IMG/VR virus record: IMGVR_UViG_3300008107_000010
Length of the DNA stretch: 27,620 bases
Reading direction: 5' to 3' (one strand)
Source of the DNA: a virus
Taxonomy: Duplodnaviria > Heunggongvirae > Uroviricota > Caudoviricetes
The first letter of the stretch is position 1. The number at the start of each line of letters is the position of its first letter. Under the pieces are notes generated by a model, which saw nothing but the letters and a program-made list of their open reading frames with translations, made no database searches and had not been told where the DNA came from. The position numbers and the translations under genes are program-made. This document shows, in pieces, positions 17,136 to 25,041 of this stretch.

Positions 17136-17510
17136 TTAAAAAATTTTTACTTTTTTAACTTCTGTCTTTTTAGAAAATGCAACACTCAATATTCCATTAG
17201 TATGTGACGCTTTTAAATTATCAACATCAACATCAGAACCTAGTGTAAATTTTCTAACAAATGATTTTTTAAACTTGTTAGAAGCTTTCTCATCGATTTC
17301 AGCAGAAATTACAAGATCCATACCTTCAACTTCAATACTCAATTCATCTGTTTCAAATCCAGGTACTGCTAAATGAAGGGTGTTGTTTTCAACATAATAA
17401 TCTTTGAATTGATCTGTTGAAATCCAGGTTGTTTTCCAGATTGGTTCGCTAATGTTGTCGAACATTTTTTCTACTACTTTGTCAAATGAAGTTCCTCTTG
17501 TTGTAAACAT
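17136..17510 (-). CDS. Small heat-shock protein (Hsp20/alpha-crystallin)
   Basis: LAVPGF..DELSIEVEG..LVISAE, SFVRKFTL and ASHTNGILSV motifs. Confidence 0.92.
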   Translation of the reverse strand: MFTTRGTSFDKVVEKMFDNISEPIWKTTWISTDQFKDYYVENNTLHLAVPGFETDELSIEVEGMDLVISAEIDEKASNKFKKSFVRKFTLGSDVDVDNLKASHTNGILSVAFSKKTEVKKVKIF

Positions 17511-17558
17511 AATTTATTATATTTTTGGTTTCTGGCTTATGCCATTACTAATATATGT

Positions 17559-17598
17559 ACAAAAAGTATGCCAATTTGATTTTTATGCCAAATTGTCA
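17559..17598 (-). promoter_or_regulatory. Sigma54-like -24/-12 element with an upstream TGACA-N3-TGGCA site
   Basis: TTGGCATACTTTTTGT (GG-N10-GT) at 17574-17559; TGACAATTTGGCA at 17598-17586. Confidence 0.5.
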
Positions 17599-17603
17599 TA
17601 TTT

Positions 17604-18338
17604 TTAAAAATCTGAGTTTCTAATTGGTGACATATTGGCAAATCTTAAAACTAGACTTCCGGCTGCCTCAATATCCTCTTCGCAATAATTTTTAATATCT
17701 TCAATTCTACCAGCCCAATATGCCGCACCGACTTCTCCAGCCGACATTTCATCTTTTGGATTTTTAATACCTAAAAGAAGACAAATATGAGCAAGAGCTG
17801 CGCTACTCCAGCCACCGGCTTTCCATACCTCGTATGTATCAATTAAACAGTTTTCCCATGGTTTCATTTTATGTAAATGAAGTTGTTTAGGTAGATCTAG
17901 CCCATGAACAATACTTTTTTTGATGATATATGGAATATCAAATCCTTTAATATTATGTCCAACTAATTTGATTCCAGGCGCCTTAAAAAATACAATCTTC
18001 ATGAATTCAATAAATTCTGAAAGTAGATCCTTCTCATCGGTACCATAAAATGATTTCTTTTGCATGAATGGATTTCCTTCTTCATCGAATTTAACTTGAC
18101 CAACTGAGATACACACAATTCTACCCCATTCAGCAGAAAGAGATGCTTTTTGATAATAAATCTCATCATCAGATAGATTCTTTAATTCAACGTCCTCATC
18201 TCTGATAAATTTAGCCTTTCTTTCCCAAAAACTTTTGAGAGATGGAATATTGGTAATAGCTTCTTGATATGTTTCAAACCCAGAGGTCGTCTCAATATCA
18301 ATAAAAAGCATTCCTTTAATTTCTTCTTGATTATACAT
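17604..18338 (-). CDS. Stand-alone PolB-related 3'-5' exonuclease (DEDD family)
   Basis: FIDIET, GHNIKGFDIPY and YCEED motifs; 'AEWGRIVCISVG' and 'KPWE' resemble the bacterial DNA_pol_B_exo2 type. Confidence 0.9.
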   Translation of the reverse strand: MYNQEEIKGMLFIDIETTSGFETYQEAITNIPSLKSFWERKAKFIRDEDVELKNLSDDEIYYQKASLSAEWGRIVCISVGQVKFDEEGNPFMQKKSFYGTDEKDLLSEFIEFMKIVFFKAPGIKLVGHNIKGFDIPYIIKKSIVHGLDLPKQLHLHKMKPWENCLIDTYEVWKAGGWSSAALAHICLLLGIKNPKDEMSAGEVGAAYWAGRIEDIKNYCEEDIEAAGSLVLRFANMSPIRNSDF

Positions 18339-18619
18339 TATTCATATTTAGTTTTAGTAATACTGTCTACCTCTTTAATTATATCAAATATAGAACATGA
18401 GTAAATCCAATAAGGTCGACCCATTCGCTTAGTATCGTTGTCGCTTGCTGGTACATGGAATGAGTACCACTTAACACCATATGTTTTTGTTAAATTTTCA
18501 TTAACACCAACACATTCGCCTTGATATGTTGTCATTTTAGCCCAAACAAATTCATAGAACTTGCCTTCTTTGGGATTCTTAACGTTAACGATTTGGATTT
18601 CTTTAGGTTTCTTTGCCAT
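18338..18619 (-). CDS. Hypothetical protein
   Basis: 93 aa, after an early promoter; TAATG overlap with the exonuclease gene. Confidence 0.75.
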   Translation of the reverse strand: MAKKPKEIQIVNVKNPKEGKFYEFVWAKMTTYQGECVGVNENLTKTYGVKWYSFHVPASDNDTKRMGRPYWIYSCSIFDIIKEVDSITKTKYE

Positions 18620-18630
18620 AATTTCTAATT

Positions 18631-18669
18631 GTTTATGTAAATATAAACAAAAAAATCGACACGGTAAAA
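18631..18669 (-). promoter_or_regulatory. Repeated early-type promoter, copy 5
   Basis: TTTTACCGT-N10-TTGTTTATATTTACATA. Confidence 0.8.
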
Positions 18670-18690
18670 TTTTTGTGAAAGATTTTAAGA

Positions 18691-18716
18691 TTATATGAGT
18701 AATCTTAAGAAAGTTT
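18691..18716 (-). promoter_or_regulatory. Putative middle promoter AAAC-N17-TATAA within a 9-bp inverted repeat
   Basis: AAACTTTCTTAAGATTACTCATATAA; inverted repeat ttaagatta/taatcttaa at 18685-18708. Confidence 0.6.
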
Positions 18717-18954
18717 AATCCAACTGCTCAAATGGATCTGACCAGGTTCTAGACTGACGAACCTTAACATATTGGTCGTATGTTAAATGAATTGCTATAT
18801 AACCTCCTGAAATAGAATATGGAGCATCGGTCTCTGAAAACCAATATTGAGGTGGAATTTCTACCCTATCATTTAAAAAATCAAAAAGCTCGTCGACGAG
18901 CATATGGTGTACATATATGGTTAAAACCATGCATTTGTTATTAGGGTACCCCAT
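18715..18954 (-). CDS. Hypothetical protein (start probably MGYPNNK)
   Basis: ATG at 18954 overlaps the upstream TAA. Confidence 0.7.
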   Translation of the reverse strand: MGYPNNKCMVLTIYVHHMLVDELFDFLNDRVEIPPQYWFSETDAPYSISGGYIAIHLTYDQYVKVRQSRTWSDPFEQLD

Positions 18955-19898
18955 TATTTCTCTACTTTCCAAGCTGGATTCTGTTTTGTATTCTGTGCTA
19001 TATCTTCCTCTTTAAATTTCTTTAAAAGATCTACAGTATCTTGAGACAATTCAGTTTCATAGTAATCCTCATAGATCTTTTGATATAAAATAGACATGAT
19101 ACCAAATAATGCACCTGGTTCCGAGTTCATTTCAAAAACATAAACTTTACCATCCTTAGTTTCAGCTAAATCAATTGCATAAAAGTCTAAATCTGAATGG
19201 GCATCTGAAAAATATCTTAAAACCTTTAAATGTTCTGGTTTAATGTTCTTAATATCTTTACAGATATATGAAAAATTAGTTTCTTTTTCTGGATCTTTTT
19301 TAGAAATATCAGCAGTTTCATCATCTAACGGAACTCTTTGAGCCCATTGGATCAACTCTCCTCTCCATAACCAGTATCTATGTTCTTCTGCAATATCTAT
19401 TTTTTCAGAAAATGAAGTGAATTTGCTTAAATCAGCAGAATCAAAATCTTCTTCATCTTTAAAAACAACGATTCCTAATCCGCTATGCTCATTATCAGGC
19501 TTAGCAACAATAGGAAAATTAAGATCCTTTACTTCGCTTGGATCTGTAACGCTAGGTATAATATAGTTACTATCCTGATGCATTTCATAGAATGCTGACT
19601 TTGATGATATATTTTTTCTAGCCTCGATCTTATTATAAATCTGATCGGGACGAATAGCTCCTTTTTCTAAAAGTTGCTCTAAAGTAGCACGATCATAATT
19701 AAGTACAGGAAGTCCTTTTGGAACATCAACAACATCCATATCTCTAGTTAAAATACACCAATATTCAGGAGTATGATATTCATCACCAGTTATAAAAGAA
19801 TCTTCTAAATCTTTTCTTCTAGTAATGCATACCTTTTTAAACTCATCTTTTACAATGGCTTCAGATACAAATTGTTCAAATGTTAATAGTGACTTCAT
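18954..19898 (-). CDS. ATP-grasp ligase (RimK-like fold) with a capsid-targeting leader
   Basis: FPIVAKP..HSGLGI, EEHR and DFYAIDL..GKVYVFEMNSEPG motifs; N-terminus MKSLLTFEQFVSE. Confidence 0.85.
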   Translation of the reverse strand: MKSLLTFEQFVSEAIVKDEFKKVCITRRKDLEDSFITGDEYHTPEYWCILTRDMDVVDVPKGLPVLNYDRATLEQLLEKGAIRPDQIYNKIEARKNISSKSAFYEMHQDSNYIIPSVTDPSEVKDLNFPIVAKPDNEHSGLGIVVFKDEEDFDSADLSKFTSFSEKIDIAEEHRYWLWRGELIQWAQRVPLDDETADISKKDPEKETNFSYICKDIKNIKPEHLKVLRYFSDAHSDLDFYAIDLAETKDGKVYVFEMNSEPGALFGIMSILYQKIYEDYYETELSQDTVDLLKKFKEEDIAQNTKQNPAWKVEK

Positions 19899-19902
19899 GT
19901 AC

Positions 19903-19910
19903 TATATATT
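19903..19910 (-). promoter_or_regulatory. Putative late promoter AATATATA, 4 nt before the ATG
   Basis: AATATATA-GTAC-ATG. Confidence 0.55.
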
Positions 19911-20508
19911 ATTTGTAATGTTCTCCGCCTACCCAAAGAACGAAAGATCTTCTAGTTCCTTTAGTAACGGGAGTAACTCGATGCATCATATATGATGGAA
20001 AAACTACAACATTACCGCGTCCTCTTGGGGCTTGTCGAATCCAATCTCCACCTCCCCAAATTTCTAAATCGCCGCCCTCGTATTCGCCGCCATCCGAAAG
20101 CTGAACTGTTATAGAAACTTTTCTTTTAGATGCCATTCCAGTTCCTAAATCTTGATGCCATGTATAATGTCCACCTGCAACATCGTAATATTCTGTATAT
20201 TGAATTGCTTCTGGTGCTGCAATTAAATCAAATCCCCAGGTATGGTCATTAGCCTCAATTGCCATGGCCATTAATTTATCATAAAGCCATGCCCATTCTT
20301 GTGTTTGAGGAATCCATTTAATGCTAGAACTACGTACCTTTTTATCGACATTAGTTGATTCTCCTCCGATAATTGTAGCTTGCTCAAATGGAATTAAATC
20401 CACGTCATTATAAATTTTAGTTAATTCTTGTTCGGTAAATCCCTTATCGAACCAGTAATAATTCTGAGGATCATTCTCAGGTTTTGTAAAGATGTTTTGA
20501 AAGTTCAT
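19909..20508 (-). CDS. 2OG-Fe(II) oxygenase (prolyl-4-hydroxylase/PKHD-like)
   Basis: HYTWHQD (HxD), RKVSITVQL..YEGGDL and VFPSYMMHRVTPVTKGTRRS motifs. Confidence 0.92.
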   Translation of the reverse strand: MNFQNIFTKPENDPQNYYWFDKGFTEQELTKIYNDVDLIPFEQATIIGGESTNVDKKVRSSSIKWIPQTQEWAWLYDKLMAMAIEANDHTWGFDLIAAPEAIQYTEYYDVAGGHYTWHQDLGTGMASKRKVSITVQLSDGGEYEGGDLEIWGGGDWIRQAPRGRGNVVVFPSYMMHRVTPVTKGTRRSFVLWVGGEHYK

Positions 20509-20511
20509 ATA

Positions 20512-21174
20512 TTATTTATTTTTGTTAATTAGGGTTTGAATCTCTTGATCCCAGAACATATGTTCTTGTTGCATGTGAGAATCCTCAAATTCTTTACTGG
20601 TTACTGAAACTTCACCTGGTGTTTTAAGTCCTTGGATCCAATATATTTTTCGTTTCATGAGGTCTTTGTTATAGAAATATAGATAATCATCTCCAAAAAA
20701 TATCTTAAAACAATCTGGTATTTTTATATAATTCTCTTTTTTAAGAATCATCATACAACCAAAACCATATCCTCTATCATTTATTTCAGTCAATTCTATA
20801 AAATCATTGAACGTATTAATTTCAGAATTTAAAAGATTATCTTTGTAGAGACCAATCATTCCAAAATTAGAATCTTTTTGGATCAACGTGTTGAACTTTC
20901 TTACCAAAAAATCAATGTTAATCGATATATCATCATTAAGTAGGCAAACGTATTTGTTCTGTGCAAGTGTTACGCCTATTGACCAAGAAGGATTGACAAA
21001 TATGTTTGATTTTGGTTTAATAACTGTAACTCTATAATCCTTGCTTGCATATCCTTTCTGCGCATTGTCGATAATAATAAGCTCAGCATCCATGTTTTTG
21101 CAACTTTCAAAACTTTCAATAGTTTTGAAAATACGGTCGGATTTCCATAGAGTCGGTATTATGAATGTAATCAT
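20512..21174 (-). CDS. Glycosyltransferase family 2
   Basis: ITFIIPT, ELIIIDN, VCLLNDDI and IFFGDD motifs. Confidence 0.88.
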   Translation of the reverse strand: MITFIIPTLWKSDRIFKTIESFESCKNMDAELIIIDNAQKGYASKDYRVTVIKPKSNIFVNPSWSIGVTLAQNKYVCLLNDDISINIDFLVRKFNTLIQKDSNFGMIGLYKDNLLNSEINTFNDFIELTEINDRGYGFGCMMILKKENYIKIPDCFKIFFGDDYLYFYNKDLMKRKIYWIQGLKTPGEVSVTSKEFEDSHMQQEHMFWDQEIQTLINKNK

Positions 21175-22982
21175 ATTTTGTATATTTCATTGACATAGCA
21201 TTCTTCTTTGCCAAATTTACTAGGAGTATTAAGTGGATTATTTGGATTTTCTTCATATGCCCAATCTTTATAGCCTAATTCCTCAAATCTATTTTTAATC
21301 TGCTCATTATAATGCCATGCAATAGAACGAACTCTTCTTTGAATATCCTTTCTAGCCAAATCATGTGAATTCATAACATTGCCATTGTTGTAGATAAATT
21401 GCAAGTAACCGAGTCTAGGTATTCTAACCATTTTCGTTTTTAAGAATGTTCTTACAATTAGTTCATAATCATCTGCAATTGCAAGATCTCTACAATGTCC
21501 ACCAATTTCAAAATACGTTTCTCGCCTCCATGCTCTAACATGATTTGGTACTCCAACGATATGCCTGATTGTTTTTGGATTTATATTTGAAGAGACAGCA
21601 ACTGTAAATGTTTTATCTAGAACAGTTTCTTTAACATATCTTCCATATCCTAGTGCGAATCCATCTGGATATGTTAGTGAATTCCAATTTTGATCTATTT
21701 CTGCTGAATCTGTATAAAAGAATCCGGCATCTTTATGTGCTTGTGAAGCATTAAATAAATCTTCAGTGCATGTAGGTACTAAATAATCGTCATGGTCCAA
21801 TTCTGCTAAAATATAACCTCGACATAAAGTCGCAGCTCTCCATTTTACTTCACCGATATTACCACCACTTTTTGGATTAATATCAAATACTCTAACTCTT
21901 GGATCTTTTGATGCGATTGCATTTGCTATTTTAAGAGTAGCTCCGCCATCACTAGAATCATTAACAATCACCCACTCCCAATCAATATATGTTTGCGACC
22001 TTAGTGAATTATATGTCATTAAAAGTTTTTCACCAGTGTTATATGCTGGAGTAAAATATGAAATCAATTTAGAATTATCAAAATTCATCATCGTTGTCAT
22101 TGCACAATTATATGCTTTTTCACCGGTCAATGGATCATTAGGTTCTACATTAATCCACATTTTTCTAAATTCATGTGGCGCATTCCAAAGAGTTTTTAAA
22201 TCTTCTGGATTTTCATATGCGCTAACAATAGCAATTGGTTTTACTCTAGCTAAATCTTCAAAAATATTTGAATCATCTTTGATATATTCAACATCTAAAT
22301 CTTGAGATTCATAACTTGCATAGTAAGATGATTTTAAATCAGGTGTTCCTTCTCCAATATAAAGAATTTTAGGAACTTTGGCACTAGGTGCTTTTTGTAG
22401 ATAATTGTAATGTGCTAAAATTTCATCAATAAAAAGAAATGAATTTGGATTGGATTCATATACCTTTTCAATAAATCTACCATCAGCATCATAACCACCT
22501 TCAAATTCTATTCGATCAAATACTCTTCTGTTTAAAACAAATTGAGCTAAATCAATATGTCTAACTTTCATATTTTCTGGCTTTGCGTACCTAACATCTA
22601 CACCAGTAAAATCTTTTCCAGCAACATGTTGATTAAATACAATTCCATCTATAGAATTGTCAATCGATTCTTTTATTTTATCATAGAAATTTTCATGTAA
22701 AATATTATCGTCATCTAGAGAATAGATCCAACCTGATTTAATGGTATCTTTTATAATTCTACTCATCTGTGGATATAAATAGTCTCCACCTTGAGAGTAT
22801 TCAAAATGAACTCTTGGGCTATATTCTTGTAGTTGAGTTAATAATTCAACATCAATATCTTTTAATCGAGTCGAATCAAATATAATGTGCCAAACAACAT
22901 CACTTGCTTTAGGAATTGAATTAGCAACTTTTAGTAGGTTTTGAGGTCTACTACACCTTGTTAAAATATGTATTGTATTCAT
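21171..22982 (-). CDS. Two-domain glycosyltransferase (N-terminal GT-A with DDDN, C-terminal GT2)
   Basis: WIYSLDDDNIL..IDLAQF..ADG in the N domain; ISYFTPAYN..EWVIVNDSS..AELDHDD..ADDYEL in the C domain. Confidence 0.88.
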   Translation of the reverse strand: MNTIHILTRCSRPQNLLKVANSIPKASDVVWHIIFDSTRLKDIDVELLTQLQEYSPRVHFEYSQGGDYLYPQMSRIIKDTIKSGWIYSLDDDNILHENFYDKIKESIDNSIDGIVFNQHVAGKDFTGVDVRYAKPENMKVRHIDLAQFVLNRRVFDRIEFEGGYDADGRFIEKVYESNPNSFLFIDEILAHYNYLQKAPSAKVPKILYIGEGTPDLKSSYYASYESQDLDVEYIKDDSNIFEDLARVKPIAIVSAYENPEDLKTLWNAPHEFRKMWINVEPNDPLTGEKAYNCAMTTMMNFDNSKLISYFTPAYNTGEKLLMTYNSLRSQTYIDWEWVIVNDSSDGGATLKIANAIASKDPRVRVFDINPKSGGNIGEVKWRAATLCRGYILAELDHDDYLVPTCTEDLFNASQAHKDAGFFYTDSAEIDQNWNSLTYPDGFALGYGRYVKETVLDKTFTVAVSSNINPKTIRHIVGVPNHVRAWRRETYFEIGGHCRDLAIADDYELIVRTFLKTKMVRIPRLGYLQFIYNNGNVMNSHDLARKDIQRRVRSIAWHYNEQIKNRFEELGYKDWAYEENPNNPLNTPSKFGKEECYVNEIYKI

Positions 22983-22987
22983 GTTTA

Positions 22988-23914
22988 TTATTTTACATCA
23001 AAAAAGAACAAATGGAAGAATCTAGCATTATTAATATCGTCACCAAAATACTTAGTAGCAGCGTGAATTCTCTTTGAGTCAAAAAGAACTAATCTATTAT
23101 AAACATTTCCAACCTCGTCAATTTTTTCATACTGTGTTGAATCATAAAAGTTTAATTGTGAACTTCTACCCTTAAATGTTTTATTATATGCCTCAGCATC
23201 TTGAGATGGGTCATCAAACCTGGTTCTACCAGTAAATTTACTAGCGTAGAATGCAGTACCAGTTTCATACGGAGCTTCTTTAGTTAAGAAAACCATAGCT
23301 GCGTAATTTTGACTATCAACATGATATACAATTGGATCGTTAGCAACGCAATATTGGAATACACCATTTGCGTAAGTTTCAAGATTCCAGTTGACAATTT
23401 CACGACCAATAATTTGTTCAAACTTTTCTTTGGTTCCTTCTAAAACAAATCTTTCTTTGCTTCTTTTACCTTTATGATAATTAGATGGACTAAAGTCTAA
23501 ATTATTAATGGCAAAATCTCTAACAAAATCTGGATTATCATAGAAATTATCAACAATGATTAAACCTTTATTTTCATTATTAAATCCAGAATGAAATGCA
23601 ATATAGTTATCAATATTTCCGCACTGGTATAATAATTCACCAAAGTGAATATCGATATTCGAACTTGATCTAATAATGAATTCAACACCAACCATACTAT
23701 TGTTGCCAGGGTAGTATTCCAGTACATCAGGTCGATCAATCGCGGTAAATGGTATAGTAACATCATTAATACTGATCGATGTTATTGGTTTAAACTGATC
23801 ACCATCCTTGACAGTAATCCAACCCCGTACTTTATAAAAAACGCTAGCTTGTTTCTCGATAGAATCGAAATACCAATATACGTTTGGTGATTTTGTGAAA
23901 TGATTATTAATCAT
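22988..23914 (-). CDS. 2OG-Fe(II) oxygenase-like protein (DUF6445-type) with an extra N-terminal beta domain
   Basis: IIVDNFYDNPDFVR, YHVD (HxD), GTAFY and NVYNRLVLFDSKRIHAA..RFFHLFFF motifs. Confidence 0.8.
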   Translation of the reverse strand: MINNHFTKSPNVYWYFDSIEKQASVFYKVRGWITVKDGDQFKPITSISINDVTIPFTAIDRPDVLEYYPGNNSMVGVEFIIRSSSNIDIHFGELLYQCGNIDNYIAFHSGFNNENKGLIIVDNFYDNPDFVRDFAINNLDFSPSNYHKGKRSKERFVLEGTKEKFEQIIGREIVNWNLETYANGVFQYCVANDPIVYHVDSQNYAAMVFLTKEAPYETGTAFYASKFTGRTRFDDPSQDAEAYNKTFKGRSSQLNFYDSTQYEKIDEVGNVYNRLVLFDSKRIHAATKYFGDDINNARFFHLFFFDVK

Positions 23915-23923
23915 AATTTTAGT

Positions 23924-23950
23924 TTATAGGTTTAATATTAAGTTAGTTTC
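23924..23950 (-). promoter_or_regulatory. Putative middle promoter GAAAC-N17-TATAA
   Basis: GAAACTAACTTAATATTAAACCTATAA, 9 nt before the ATG at 23914. Confidence 0.55.
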
Positions 23951-24974
23951 CTCTTTTCTTATCAAAGTTTAAATATGTATCAGGATTTATTATGAGCTCA
24001 TCCGAAATATCGTAGCATCCCTTAATAATATCATCTTTTGAAGCACCCTTATCAACAAGTTCTACTATCACTTGTTCAAAATAATGATTATGCTTTTCTA
24101 AATCAGTAAATTTCCAATTCTTAGGACAGCACCCACAGAAATATTGTTCTGGAGTAATATAACCATACTTACATTTAAAGGATTCTCCGCCATATCCACA
24201 TGGTTTTAAAGAAGCATAGTAAGAATCCCAATCTAATTTAAACCGCCAGTGTTCATCATGCACAAATGCACCAAATTCTAAAAAAGCTGAGTTAAGTTGA
24301 AATCCTTCGGGTTCTTTTTCTATTTCAGCTCTACCCCAGTTTGGATTTCCTTTAATTTCAATCGCATCTCCATTTTTATCAAAAAATTCTGGAAGAGGAA
24401 AGATTCCAACCTCATAAAATCTTTTATTTCTTCTAAATACCGGATTGTTTGTATATTCCTTTTTAGATAGATTCCAATATATTAATGATTCAAATTGATT
24501 TCTTTTAAGTAGGTTTTCTTCTTTTAACCAATATGAATATCCAAATTGTCGGTCGTCAATGTCATTTTGGTATCTTCTAAGAACCATCTGATCAAGTTCT
24601 AGATTAGAATCAAAACATCTAATTAAAGAATTAATCCAATTAAGTTCTAAACCGCTGATTTTTTGAGGTAAACATATCCAATCTCCTTCTAAAAATAGAA
24701 CATATTCATAATGTTCGGTCATTTTATTAAGTCGATTAATTCCAGCACCAACTCCTAGATTTTTTTTTGAAAGTTCAAGGTGCCAAGATACATTAGAATA
24801 TTTGTTAAATAATCGTTCAGTAACTTCTAATAATTCATTATTATATGAATTTAAGAATATGAACCAATCTCCTTCAAAATTTGGATTAGCATCTAAAAAA
24901 GATACAATAGTTCTTTCTAGATATTCTGCTCTAAGTTGAGCATCGTGTGATAATGTTGCGATACAGAATTTCAT
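23943..24974 (-). CDS. GT-A fold glycosyltransferase-like protein with a Cys-rich C-terminal segment
   Basis: YLERTIVSF, NLGVGAGIN, YVLFLEGDW and TNNP motifs; C-terminal PCG..CKY..FCGCCP. Confidence 0.7.
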   Translation of the reverse strand: MKFCIATLSHDAQLRAEYLERTIVSFLDANPNFEGDWFIFLNSYNNELLEVTERLFNKYSNVSWHLELSKKNLGVGAGINRLNKMTEHYEYVLFLEGDWICLPQKISGLELNWINSLIRCFDSNLELDQMVLRRYQNDIDDRQFGYSYWLKEENLLKRNQFESLIYWNLSKKEYTNNPVFRRNKRFYEVGIFPLPEFFDKNGDAIEIKGNPNWGRAEIEKEPEGFQLNSAFLEFGAFVHDEHWRFKLDWDSYYASLKPCGYGGESFKCKYGYITPEQYFCGCCPKNWKFTDLEKHNHYFEQVIVELVDKGASKDDIIKGCYDISDELIINPDTYLNFDKKRGN

Positions 24975-24999
24975 ATTATTATAATAATATACTACATTC

Positions 25000-25007
25000 T
25001 ATATATA
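25000..25007 (-). promoter_or_regulatory. Putative late promoter TATATATA
   Basis: Directly after a terminator, the same arrangement as at 9180. Confidence 0.5.
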
Positions 25008-25034
25008 CAAAAAAGCCGGAATGAATCCGGCTTT
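25008..25034 (-). terminator. Intrinsic terminator
   Basis: AAAGCCGGA-TTCAT-TCCGGCTTT plus T-run. Confidence 0.85.
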
Positions 25035-25041
25035 AAAATTA

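Noticed and set aside
11265-18669. Repeated 20-39 bp motif as a CRISPR array
   Set aside because: The copies are dispersed hundreds to thousands of bp apart, each just upstream of a start codon; this is a promoter pattern, not repeat-spacer.
23560-23766. 68-aa minus-strand ORF
   Set aside because: Nested out of frame within the 308-aa oxygenase gene.
4047-25041. tRNA or other RNA genes in intergenic gaps
   Set aside because: Gaps are about 100 bp or less, AT-rich, largely explained by promoters and terminators, and show no cloverleaf or T-loop signature.
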